Shown here: positions 29,661-39,244 of the stretch, in pieces | Position numbering within the stretch: position 1 is the stretch's first letter | How the letters are laid out: every line of letters begins with the position of its first letter | Virus record (IMG/VR): IMGVR_UViG_2873314349_000003 | Length of the DNA: 64,000 nucleotides | Direction: 5' to 3' (one strand) | From: a virus | Lineage: Duplodnaviria; Caudoviricetes | Made by a program: the position numbers and the translations under genes | The notes under the pieces: model-generated | The model's database searches: none | Seen by the model: only the letters and a program-made list of their open reading frames with translations | Told to the model about the DNA's origin: nothing

Positions 29661-30081
29661 AGAGCTCTTGTAGCTGCATAGGCAGATACCCGGATGGCCA
29701 CCCGCCTGCGCGGGCGGCTAGGTAGGCCGGTGGTTGTGCCTGGGTCTGCATTCGGCAAGACGGCGGCGTGTCATCCCAAGGGGCCGCCGTTCGGGCGGCA
29801 GTAATTGGGGTGCCACCGGAGTACGGCGGAAACGGGCCGCATCTGCCGGAGACCGCACGTCAGGCGGTGGGAGCGGACGCCGGGGTTTCGCCTGTGGATG
29901 GCGGTGCCGGCGGGTACCGCTAACGGCTGTCCTGCGGTTCCTCAACCCCCGATGCGGGGTGACTCTCCACCGCGCGTCATGTGATTCCCATGGTGTGGCC
30001 GGTCTCGGCGCGCGCCGGTCGATGACCGGCGGCGTCATCGCTTAGAGCTGGGAACGTTGGTTCCCGTCAGAAGGATGAATC

Positions 30082-30528
30082 ATGCCGACCGAATCACTTC
30101 AGGAACTGAAGGACTACTACCGCCAAAGCGGCGCTAGGACGGGGATCAAGCTCGGTGACGACGAGATGCGCCGGGTCATCTCGCTGCTCCCTGAGCTGGG
30201 GCCCATGGTCGAGACGCCGCCCGCTGAGCTCCGCTACATCGAGGGACTCCTGCGCCTACCGCTCGGGGCGGTTGGTGGCTTCTGGGTCATCCCTGCCTCG
30301 GGCGGATCGCCCTGTCCGTGCGGTCGCACGCCGACCGCGCTGGACATCGTCGCGTATGCCGTCAACCAACGGGTGCATGAGGAGCGGCTGCTGCGTGACA
30401 CCGTGCTCGGCGTGCACAACGTCTTCGAGTTCGCCGACGAGGGGCGCACTGCGCCGTGCCATGTTTGCGGACGGGAGTTCACCAGCCGCTCCTACTGGAT
30501 CGACAGGCACAAGTACCTGTACGCATGA
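30082..30528 (+). CDS. Hypothetical protein, possible Zn binding
   Basis: 148 aa; CPC and CHVC. Confidence 0.7.
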   Translation: MPTESLQELKDYYRQSGARTGIKLGDDEMRRVISLLPELGPMVETPPAELRYIEGLLRLPLGAVGGFWVIPASGGSPCPCGRTPTALDIVAYAVNQRVHEERLLRDTVLGVHNVFEFADEGRTAPCHVCGREFTSRSYWIDRHKYLYA

Positions 30529-30887
30529 AGAAGCGTCGCGTTGGCCGCGGCCTTGGCGCGGCTGGCGTGCGCCTCGGCGCAGCCGACCAGCGCGTGGGAG
30601 ATGCTTCCATAAGGTGTACATCAGGGGCGGCCGGAGTAATACGACCTGCGGAGCCACGGACTTTCGCAGAGCGGAGCCCCGACTTATCCCTCGCTGTTAG
30701 AGCCGGAACGTCAGGCCCCCACCAAGGTCGCCACCGATGGGTGGCCCTTTCGGGCGCATTCCGGCCGTACCCCTAATTGTGCGTACGCGCCGAGGCGCGC
30801 AGGTACGCGCGTACCCGCGCGAGCGGCTAGGTAGGCGCCTAGGAATGTAGGTGGTTGCCTATGCATGGACCTAGGTCCGCGCCCGGG

Positions 30888-31208
30888 TCACCAGGCGGGC
30901 AGCTGCTGCGGGGCTGGACCGGGGGCGAGGGCGCCGAACAGGTCGAGCTGCCCATCGGCGGCGGGCTGGTGGAGCTTCAGGCAGCGGCGGCAGGTGACCT
31001 CGCCGTGGTCGGGGTGGGCGGCGCCGGGGTCCCAGCCGCTGACGCCGACCATGCACGCCGGGCCGGGCATCAGGTGCCCGCCCAGCCAGCGCGTCATCGC
31101 GACCTGGTGGACGATGCCGCTGGAGCGCACCCGCAGGTGCGCCCCGCCGGCGTAGGCGGCGCGGGCGGCGGCCGCGATGTCGGCCAGCGCCTCGTAGGTG
31201 CCGCTCAC
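30888..31208 (-). CDS. Small His/Cys protein with C-terminal QLDLF
   Basis: GTGA overlap with the recombinase stop; H, C, CRRC. Confidence 0.75.
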   Translation of the reverse strand: MSGTYEALADIAAAARAAYAGGAHLRVRSSGIVHQVAMTRWLGGHLMPGPACMVGVSGWDPGAAHPDHGEVTCRRCLKLHQPAADGQLDLFGALAPGPAPQQLPAW

Positions 31209-32268
31209 AGCCCGGTCACCGGGTTGTCGGTCCAGCGGTCGCCCTCTTCGAGGTAGCCGAGCAGCGCGCGGGAGCCGTCGGCCCAGCCGCCGTGGCGGCC
31301 GATGCGCTCCAGGGTCTTGCCGTCGCGCCGGGCGGCGGTGGCGAACCCGCGGCGCAGGCTGTGGCCGCTCCAGCGGCCTTCCAACCCGGCGGCCGCGGCG
31401 ATGCGCGCCACAACGTCGGCGACGGCCTCGGCGGTCATCCGCCCGGCCGGGTCGCCGATGGTGCGGCCTTCCCGGCGCAGGGGCGGAGCGATGCGGCCGT
31501 GCCGGTCGATGCGCACCAGCAGCGGCCCGGCGGTGCTGCCGGCCTGTCCATGGCGGCCAGCAGGTCGCGCACCGCGCGCACCGGGCACGTCGCGGGGACG
31601 CGGCCGTAGGGGATGGCCGCCTCGGTGAACTTCTTGATCTTCCGCCGGTAGACGGTGACCAGCAGCCCGTCAGAGGTCTCGGCGACGTCGGCGATGTCCA
31701 GCGCGGCCAGCTCGCTGACGCGGGCCGCGCAGGCGTAGCCGAGCAGCAGCGCGACCGCGTCGCATTTGCCGGCCAGCGTGGCCCGGTCGAGGGTGGCGAG
31801 CATGGCGCGCAGGGCGTCGGGCACGGCGGGGTCGGCCTTGCGGGGCCGGGCGGCGGGATCCTTGGCCAGGGCCAGGCGCTCGCGGTACCCGGCCAGCACC
31901 TTACGGGCGGCCTTGGTCTGCGGCGGGCCCGCGTCGGCGGCCTGGTGCATGGTGCGGATCGCCGCCAGGGCCCGCTCGATGGACGGCGGGGCGAGCGGCC
32001 GACCGGTGCGCGCCGAGGGCACGGCGGTCAGGTGGGTGACGTACTCGGTGACGGTCTGGGCGGTCGCCGGCATCGGCGCGCGGCCGCGCTCGGCGCACCA
32101 GGCGGCGAAGGCGCTCCAGTCGCGGGCGTAGGCGCGGCGGGTCGACTCCGGGACGCCGGCCTCGATCGCCGCGCGGGCGGCCGGGCTCAGCCAGTGGTCG
32201 ACGGCGGTGTGCGCCGGGAGGGTCGCCGGGTCGGCCGGGCCGGTCCGGCGGGGTGCGAGCGCGGTCAC
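31205..32268 (-). pseudogene. Cre-like tyrosine recombinase, single frameshift near 31549
   Basis: STRRAYARDW, ARVSEL in one frame; GHSLRRG, RHGGW, GY in the other. Confidence 0.85.
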
Positions 32269-32295
32269 GGGTGTGCCTCCCGGGGCGAATGTTGA

Positions 32296-32318
32296 CTCCT
32301 GACAAGAATTATCAGGAG
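32296..32318. promoter_or_regulatory. Inverted repeat upstream of the recombinase
   Basis: CTCCTGACAA-GAA-TTATCAGGAG. Confidence 0.6.
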
Positions 32319-32579
32319 CCAGAACGAGACGACGGGGGACCACACCAGCCGACACCAGCCAACACCGGGCCCAGACTCAACGGCCTGTCGGCCGATCATC
32401 TGAGCTCGTCAATTGATGAACACTTCGCGCGCGGCTCGCCGTCGATAGGCTTTGCCTCAGCTTGGTCTTGGTTGGTCGCTGTCTCATCGGACGGCTCCAC
32501 GTGGTTGCCCGAAGGGCGGCCCCACCGGCCGGTCTCTGCGGAGTCGGCTTGGTGGTCCAACCAGGAGACAGGTAGTGCC

Positions 32580-32753
32580 ATGGGAAAGCACCGTCGTTCG
32601 GATGCTGAGGGGCCAAGGTCTGGGGGAGTTCCCTGGGGCCGGCTTATCGCCTTTGGCGGGCGCGGCCTGGTTCGCGTGCTGCTGTGGGAGATCGGCCGGC
32701 GTCTTTGGTCACTGCTGACCGATGACGACGGCCCTGGTCCTCTCTCGCGCTGA
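32580..32753 (+). CDS. Small hypothetical protein
   Basis: AGGAG RBS; MGKHRR start. Confidence 0.5.
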   Translation: MGKHRRSDAEGPRSGGVPWGRLIAFGGRGLVRVLLWEIGRRLWSLLTDDDGPGPLSR

Positions 32754-32881
32754 CACGCGAGGAGGACCGAGGACCGCCCGAACTGGGGGAGGAGCCACCA
32801 GCGCCCGAGTCCGGCAAGACTCACCGGGCACGGGGTTTCTCCCCCATCTCTTTTCTCAAGCCTTCGCCACGGTGGTCGTCA

Positions 32882-33171
32882 GTGCGACCGGCGAGTGTAA
32901 GCGTCCGCGCTTACACATCACGGTACACATGCGCGGGGGGTTTCTCGACCGAAGAAACCTCACCACCGAAGTCGCGGCGCATCCGGGTGTCATGACCGCC
33001 CGGGACGTCCCCCGCGGTTGACCTGACAGCACAGTGCTCCAGACGCGCCGCCGGGACTGCAAGGGACCGGGTGCGTGTGGTCGCATTGGAAGGCGGTGCG
33101 ACCGGAGAGTGTAAGCATCCGCGCTTACACGAATCACGGGGCCGGGCGCGTGTCGTCGCACTGGAAGGCGG
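32882..33171. repeat. Two families of direct repeats, one with an internal palindrome
   Basis: 32882-32923 vs 33096-33139; 33075-33096 vs 33150-33171. Confidence 0.8.
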
Positions 33172-33236
33172 ATAGCTGGAGCCCTAGGGAGCGATCACGG
33201 CGGTGGCCTGCCACTCGGGGTGATTACGGTGCGCTC

Positions 33237-34058
33237 GTGGACAGCCTCGCCAAGCTCGCCCGGTCGGTCGCCGAGTTCGCCGATACCGCCTCGCTCACGC
33301 TGGTGCCCGCCGTTCCTGGGCATGCCCTCGGGGCGGAGGTGTGCCTGGCCCCGGACGTGCTGGATCTGCCCGGGTTCTTGGCTCTGGCGCGCAAGCTCGG
33401 GGGCGGGGTGCTCTACCTGAAGGCCGCACCGTTCGACCCCGGCGATGATGAGTACGAGGTCGACGATCCGCCCGAGCACCTGCTTAAGCGCAATGGGCAG
33501 ATCGGTCAGCTCAGCGTCGCGTTCGCCACGAACGGCATCGTGCACTTCTGGAAGCATCGCGCCGGCTGGTACGCCGAGTGGCAGCAGCTCGCCGAGGATG
33601 AGGAGTCGCCGGACGACGCCGAGGACGAAGACGGCCGGCTCACCGAGGAGGAGCGGGAGCGGCTCACCGCCGAACTCGTCGAGGCGCTGCTGGCCAACCC
33701 GGAGTTCCGGGCCGCCAAGGCAGGAGCCCGGCACCGGACCGGCAGCCTGCTGATCCCGCCGGACACTCCTCGGGTGGTCGAATGGGAGGCGCTCCGGATC
33801 GCCTACGACCGGGCCGATGAGCTGGCCAGAGCGGCGTATGCGCAGATCAGCGATGACCGCCTCGATGAGCTGGCGGCCGAGCTGCTGGCCACGCCCGAAT
33901 ACCAGCGGGCCAGCGCGCCGGCGACCCGCAAGCAGACCACCGAGCGGTTCCTCACCCGTCACGCGGACGGATTCAGCCCGCCGGCCCCGATACGCGATGA
34001 GCTGTACGCGCGGGCCCAGAAGCTCGCCAAGGCCAACAAGTCGGGGGGGCTATTCTAA
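33237..34058 (+). CDS. Hypothetical acidic protein
   Basis: Long ORF with strong GC3 bias; two ELLA.PE(F/Y) repeats. Confidence 0.75.
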   Translation: MDSLAKLARSVAEFADTASLTLVPAVPGHALGAEVCLAPDVLDLPGFLALARKLGGGVLYLKAAPFDPGDDEYEVDDPPEHLLKRNGQIGQLSVAFATNGIVHFWKHRAGWYAEWQQLAEDEESPDDAEDEDGRLTEEERERLTAELVEALLANPEFRAAKAGARHRTGSLLIPPDTPRVVEWEALRIAYDRADELARAAYAQISDDRLDELAAELLATPEYQRASAPATRKQTTERFLTRHADGFSPPAPIRDELYARAQKLAKANKSGGLF

Positions 34059-34366
34059 CCGCCGACCGAAGCGGCCGCGCGTCGGCCGACGGCAGGGCCG
34101 ATGCCTGCATAGCTCAGCTGCGACAACGTAGGCCGACCCTCTTGGGAAGGTCTATCGCGGTCCGGGGCGACGATCGCCAGAGGTGGCGAATCAGCGGCCC
34201 GGACCGCGCCTATAGAACTACGCGCACGACGGCGTCCCGGCGAGGAAGCGTGGATCGGGATCGCGCCAGGCCATCCTGCGCCGTGCGCGCTCGGCGCTAT
34301 CCCCGTGCATGCCGTACGAAGTACTGGGTTTCGTGAAGTAAGGACAGGCGCTGAAGGTGTCGGCTG

Positions 34367-34618
34367 CTACGGGGTACCGGCGGGCAGACCAGTCTCCGGG
34401 TCGTGCCCAGTCGCCACGCGCGAGGCGCGCAGGAATTCCGGATCCTCATCCGGGTCGACGTTGTACTCCAGCGCCCAACTTCGGTACAGCTCGTTGAACA
34501 CACGGTCGGCGTCGCGGCCGACCAGCAGCGGCCGGGGCAGTTCGTTGTCATCATCCTTGACCGTTCTAGGGCACGGGTTCCGCGACCGGGGCCTGGGGGA
34601 TTGTTCCGAGGGGTTCAT
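34367..34618 (-). CDS. Hypothetical protein
   Basis: ATGA overlap with the upstream ORF. Confidence 0.5.
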   Translation of the reverse strand: MNPSEQSPRPRSRNPCPRTVKDDDNELPRPLLVGRDADRVFNELYRSWALEYNVDPDEDPEFLRASRVATGHDPETGLPAGTP

Positions 34619-35817
34619 ACGGCTTTTTCAACCCGCCTCGACTGGGGTGCGAATTGCGCCGACTCTAGATCCACTCCTTGTAGCCATCGGATGTAGGCCT
34701 CTCGCTCATTCTTGCGGCGGTCCAGTGACTCGCCAGCCATGTGCAGCGTGGTCATCTCCTTGCCCAGGATTTTGTCGTAGCGGGTCTCCCGTGCGGCCTC
34801 GTAGACCCCGTAGCCAGTGATGTCGCCGGCCGACATCCGCCCGGTCCGGCCGAAGATCAGCGCAGGTTCCAGATCCTTGAAGAACACCCAAGTCTGCCGG
34901 AGTCCGCCGCCGCGCATGCCGACCACGTAGCCGCGCTCGACAACGTGCGCCCTGGTGTCCCGGGCGAGGGGCAGCGTCCCAGCCTGGGCCAGGTTGATGT
35001 GGTCATATTTCGGCGGGTTGTTGCCGACTATCCGTCGGTCGTCGCGCGCTCTCGCCATCTCCTCGGACTGTCCGCCGAGCGGCTTACGGCCGTTGGCATC
35101 GGGGCCTGTGAGAACTGTGGCCAGGTCAGGAGGGGGCGAGAGGAAAGGGTCGCGGCGACTGATGCTTGGGCGAGTTGGGAGCGGGGCCCGCTGGTGTTCC
35201 CGCAGACGCAGGTGCTGCCAGGCTTGGGTCCAGGTCTCGAGGTCGGCGCGGCAGGCGATCACGATGGCGCGGACGATCTCCAGCGGGGGCATACGTTCCC
35301 GGTTGGGGTTGAGCGCGTCGTACACGGTGCTTTTGGCCAGCCGAATCTCGGCTGCGGATGCCACGTCGTAGTAGCTACGCTGCCCGCTCCAAGCCCGCAA
35401 CTCGCGCAGCGCCAGCACGAACTCGCGGGCTGAGTGTGCCTGCCAGGGATCGGGGGCCGACGGTGTGGGGTGCTGGGGTGCGGTGTGGGCCCTGGCCATG
35501 CTGCTGCTTGTCGCGGACGTCTGGCGCGAGACTGCCGGGCGCCGACGCCGGGGGGCTTTGTGTGCTCGTTCCCACCGCTCCTGCCAGTCCTCGGGCTGTT
35601 CGCCGCACGCGATGACGTAGTCACGCAGAACCTCCCAGGTCGGGCAGGTCCGCCCGCGGGCGGCTTCCGCCAGCGGGGAGTGCCTGCTGAGGCAGCGGGG
35701 ATCTTCGGCCATCTTGCGATAGGTGGGTTGGCCGGCCCGTGCGCGCAAGTCACGCAGCGCAAGCGCCAGCTCAACGACCGGGCCTTCCCCAGTGATGGGG
35801 CTCTCGGGTCTTCCCAT
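34615..35817 (-). CDS. Tandem XRE-like HTH protein with a C-terminal extension
   Basis: MGRPE..LRDLR..AG.PTYR.MA and LRELR.WSG..SY..LAKST repeats. Confidence 0.75.
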   Translation of the reverse strand: MGRPESPITGEGPVVELALALRDLRARAGQPTYRKMAEDPRCLSRHSPLAEAARGRTCPTWEVLRDYVIACGEQPEDWQERWERAHKAPRRRRPAVSRQTSATSSSMARAHTAPQHPTPSAPDPWQAHSAREFVLALRELRAWSGQRSYYDVASAAEIRLAKSTVYDALNPNRERMPPLEIVRAIVIACRADLETWTQAWQHLRLREHQRAPLPTRPSISRRDPFLSPPPDLATVLTGPDANGRKPLGGQSEEMARARDDRRIVGNNPPKYDHINLAQAGTLPLARDTRAHVVERGYVVGMRGGGLRQTWVFFKDLEPALIFGRTGRMSAGDITGYGVYEAARETRYDKILGKEMTTLHMAGESLDRRKNEREAYIRWLQGVDLESAQFAPQSRRVEKAV

Positions 35818-35828
35818 CGGGGTCTCGC

Positions 35829-36029
35829 TCAGCGCTCGGACGCGATCTGGGTCACCACCGCGTCCAGGCGCGCGATCGCGGTGACCGCCGCGAGCGCCAC
35901 GCCCAGCGCCAGGGCCGGGTCCCGGCCCGTCACCGACAGCACGACGACGAACAGCAGCACCACGAGCAGGATCACCAGGCGCCCGGACGAGCCGGGGCGC
36001 GGGACGGGCAGGCAGGGCAGGAACGGCAT
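35829..36029 (-). CDS. Small two-TM protein
   Basis: GGAGG RBS; hydrophobic; precedes the HTH gene. Confidence 0.6.
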   Translation of the reverse strand: MPFLPCLPVPRPGSSGRLVILLVVLLFVVVLSVTGRDPALALGVALAAVTAIARLDAVVTQIASER

Positions 36030-36716
36030 GAATGCCTCCAAGCGTGTTGTGGTCCGGACGAGCGTGGTTCGACGGTGTGAGGGGACGCGCGACGGGGTTG
36101 CCCTCCCCGTGCGCCTCAGACGTCGATACACGCATCATCGCGGCTGATCGCCGTGGCGGGGAGCGGGACGTGACGATCGGCTTTCGCGAACAATCCCACA
36201 CAGACCGGACCGGCATACGACAACCGTTTCTTCCCTGCTCGGCGGCCTAAGCAAGAGATTGTGCGGGCCGGTGGCGCGATCCACGACGGTCCGCCTCAGT
36301 CCGGAGCAGTCCTAGACGATCCGATGGGGGCCGTAGGTGTTCCTGGTCCTCGGGGTCATGGCCGATGATGGTTGGGTAGCGCCGGGAACAGCGGCCTCCG
36401 AATCGGAGCATCGCCCCTGGTCGCAGCCCCAAAGCGTCAGTTTGTTGGTCCGGACGAGCGCCGTGGGCTATTACATGAACGGCCCTCCGCCATTGCCCGG
36501 CGGGGGGCCGTTGTCGGTGGCAAACCTGAGACAATCCTCCGGACAATCTGATGCCGCACAACCTCCGACGGCGTGCACGACCAGATGTCCCACCAGGAGA
36601 TGACCTCCCTGGCCGTGCAACACCGGGCCGACACGCAGGGCGTGGCCGACGCCCTCACCGTGGCCGCCGCCGGGCCGGGGCGGGGGTGAAGCGAAGGGGG
36701 GCGGGCAGGCAGGGCT

Positions 36717-37060
36717 TCACTCGGGGAGCAGTGTCCTGCGATCCGGTGCGAGCGGGGACTGGCTGGTACAACCGCCGTCCACCACGAGTGTCTGCCCTGT
36801 CATGTAGCGCGACTCGTCGGAGGCGAGGAAGAGCATCGTGTTGCCGATGTCTTCGGGAGCCCCCAGATACGGCAGCGCGTTGTGACTCTGGAGCCGCTCG
36901 ATGGCCTCGGCCGGCATGTTGTCGCGCAGTGCCGGAGTCATCACCGCCCCCGGGGCGACGGCGTTGCAGCGGACCCGCTGCGGCCCGTACTGGACGGCGA
37001 TGTATCTGGTGACGTTGATCAACGCCGCCTTCACCGCGCCGTAGGCGATCTGCAAGGAGT
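36717..37060 (-). pseudogene. SDR oxidoreductase C-terminal fragment
   Basis: YGAVK, NAVAPG, TGQTLVVDGG; no N-terminal GxxxGxG. Confidence 0.85.
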
Positions 37061-37213
37061 CGCCCAGCAGGCGGACCAGAGCGCCCCGGAGGGCGCCGTG
37101 ACCCACTGCGTCGATCGTTCTACGCGTGCTCGGATCGTGGCGGCAGGGCGCCATCCTCACGCCAGGAGGCCCCTCGTAGGATCGGCCCGTACCGCGCGAC
37201 CCGGGGGAGCATC

Positions 37214-37516
37214 ATGGCCGACTACGAGATCCCTGACGACATGCTCAAGGCACAGGTGGCCTTCTACGAGGCCGACGCCGTGGTGCAGTCCTTCGAGGGG
37301 AACCTGCCGCCGGCGTCCGAGATTGTTGCCGGTGAGGCGGCCATCAGTCCGGCGCAGGAGGAGGAGCTGGCCGCGGCGCGCCGCGAGCGTGGGCTGGCGC
37401 TGGATGCCCTGTACGCGCCTCACGACTGGTGGGGCCAGGCGGACAGCAGGCTGGCGGCCCGTGAGGCGCTGCAGAAGGCCGGCTGGGAGGCATTCCAGAA
37501 GCCGCCGCGGAGCTGA
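37214..37516 (+). CDS. Helical hypothetical protein (paralog of 38898..39188)
   Basis: GGGGGAG RBS; P.D.L.AQ..Y.ADA, LP....VAGEA shared. Confidence 0.8.
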   Translation: MADYEIPDDMLKAQVAFYEADAVVQSFEGNLPPASEIVAGEAAISPAQEEELAAARRERGLALDALYAPHDWWGQADSRLAAREALQKAGWEAFQKPPRS

Positions 37517-37725
37517 GGGCTCAAGGTGTGGCTGGGCCCTCTCACACCCTCGCAGCGAAAGGGCCGCAACGCCGCCCTCGCCGTCGCCCCCGCGACAGCG
37601 TCACCATTGGGACGCACCAAACGAACGTTAGGTTGCGCGTGAAACCATGCCCGCTGGCTATGAGAACGCGCCCGCCTCCAGCGTGGAGACGGGCGCGTCA
37701 TGCTATGTCGGCAGCCTGGATGCGG

Positions 37726-37905
37726 TCAGTCTGGAAGCGCGTCGAGGATCAGGGGGACGGCGCCGAGCAGCGCGGCCAACGCGAGGACGAGTTTCGCCAT
37801 GCCACCGGGGGCGGCAGTGGAGGATCGTCTGATCGCGTAGGCGGCCACCGCGAGCACGGCAAGCACAATGCTCGCTTTGGCGGCTTTGAGCAGGGTGGAC
37901 TCCAT
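37726..37905 (-). CDS. 59-aa two-TM peptide
   Basis: AGGAG RBS; MESTLLKAAKASIVLAVLAVAAYAIRRSSTAAPGGMAKLVLALAALLGAVPLILDALPD. Confidence 0.7.
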   Translation of the reverse strand: MESTLLKAAKASIVLAVLAVAAYAIRRSSTAAPGGMAKLVLALAALLGAVPLILDALPD

Positions 37906-38192
37906 TCGGTCTCCTAGTAGGGATTGCCGGGCATCGCCGACCTCGCCCGCAGTCGCTACGGCTGGTATCTGTCCGTATGCGAAACGCGATCGGCAGTCGC
38001 ACTCTAGTGGAGTGATCGGAGATGCGTATCAGGATCGACGATCCATCCCACTCGATCGTCATGGATCCCTCTGAGTCCCTGGACAACGAGCAGAGAGACG
38101 CTATTGTCGCCCGGGAGCAGGGACCGATTGCCGGGCCCGTGCGTAGGGCGGGGCGCCTCCCGGCTGGTATCCGCGGAGCCGCCCCGCCCGCT

Positions 38193-38375
38193 TCACCGCC
38201 TCGGCAGAGAGACGACCTCCACCAGGTCCTCCAGTGCAACGATCGCGGCCAGCTCCCGCACGGAGTGGACGTAGGCGACCACATAGCCCAGCTGGCAGAC
38301 CCGCATCGTCGGCCGGCCGTTCAGCACGATGCACTCCACCTCGAAGCCGTCCGTGCCGACCCGCCGCGCTGCCAT
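38193..38375 (-). CDS. 60-aa protein (IVLNGR family)
   Basis: Paralog of 23797..23976. Confidence 0.7.
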   Translation of the reverse strand: MAARRVGTDGFEVECIVLNGRPTMRVCQLGYVVAYVHSVRELAAIVALEDLVEVVSLPRR

Positions 38376-38418
38376 GGGGACAGGATAGGAAAGGGCAGGT
38401 CAGAGGATGGCAAGAGCC

Positions 38419-38781
38419 CTAGCTGGGTAGCTTCGCGAGCGCGTCCAGCATGGCTTGAGCGGAAGCGACGTCCGCCTCTGTGTAGCAATGAGGGTTATTG
38501 ATGATCATATGGGCGCCGGTTCGGGATTCATGCGAACCGTCGGTGACTCCGTTGTTGATCTTGAACTGTCGGGTGCCTTCCTCAATGTGTTCTGCGGCCT
38601 CCTTCTGAATCGCGGCGCAGTCCCCGCCTTCACTCTCTGGCACCAGAACGGTGAACTCGGCGCCACCGGCGAGATACCCCGCATAGAAGATGGCCCCGGC
38701 CCCGAGGAGCCACCCGCAGATCTTAAGGAAGATCTTTTCGCCGGGCAGTAATCGAGAGGGGCGGGAGGGCTTAGAGGTCAT
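38419..38781 (-). CDS. Single-TM protein with a Cys pair
   Basis: N-terminal TM; DC...NPHCY. Confidence 0.65.
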   Translation of the reverse strand: MTSKPSRPSRLLPGEKIFLKICGWLLGAGAIFYAGYLAGGAEFTVLVPESEGGDCAAIQKEAAEHIEEGTRQFKINNGVTDGSHESRTGAHMIINNPHCYTEADVASAQAMLDALAKLPS

Positions 38782-38897
38782 GCGAGTGTGACGCGGACTG
38801 GTCGCTGCTGGTGTACTTCGCTACCGGTGGGGCGTCGCCGATGATCGAGATCAGCCCTCGTAGGATCGGCCCGAAACGCACGATCCAGGGGAGCACC

Positions 38898-39188
38898 ATG
38901 GCCGACGACACCGAGATCGAGTTCCCTGCCGACCTGCTGCAGGCCCAGCGGGACTACTACGCCGCCGACGCCGAAGTTGAGCGGCTCGTCGCCCAGCTCC
39001 CCTCGTCAGTGGACGTCGTCGCCGGCGAAGCCGCGTGGGACGAGGATCTGCGCGCTGCGGTCGAGGGTGCCCGGGCTGAGCGAGGCCGGCTCGTGGGGAT
39101 CCTGTACGGACACGAGTACTGGGAGACCGCGATGGACAAGTACGCCCGACGGCTGGAACTGCAGAAGCTGGCCCGCGCTCAAGGCTGA
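38898..39188 (+). CDS. Helical hypothetical protein
   Basis: GGGGAG RBS; paralog of 37214. Confidence 0.8.
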   Translation: MADDTEIEFPADLLQAQRDYYAADAEVERLVAQLPSSVDVVAGEAAWDEDLRAAVEGARAERGRLVGILYGHEYWETAMDKYARRLELQKLARAQG

Positions 39189-39244
39189 GCCTGGACATGG
39201 TAACGCCCCGCCACCCGAGGGTAACGGGGCGAGAGGCGCGCTGC

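Noticed and set aside
29690-30880. Linear-replicon telomere remnant
   Set aside because: Palindromes do not form the ordered series of Streptomyces-type telomeres
32882-33171. Possible CRISPR array
   Set aside because: Only two copies per repeat, irregular spacing, no cas genes
36717-37160. Functional SDR enzyme
   Set aside because: Cofactor-binding N-terminus missing; treated as a fragment
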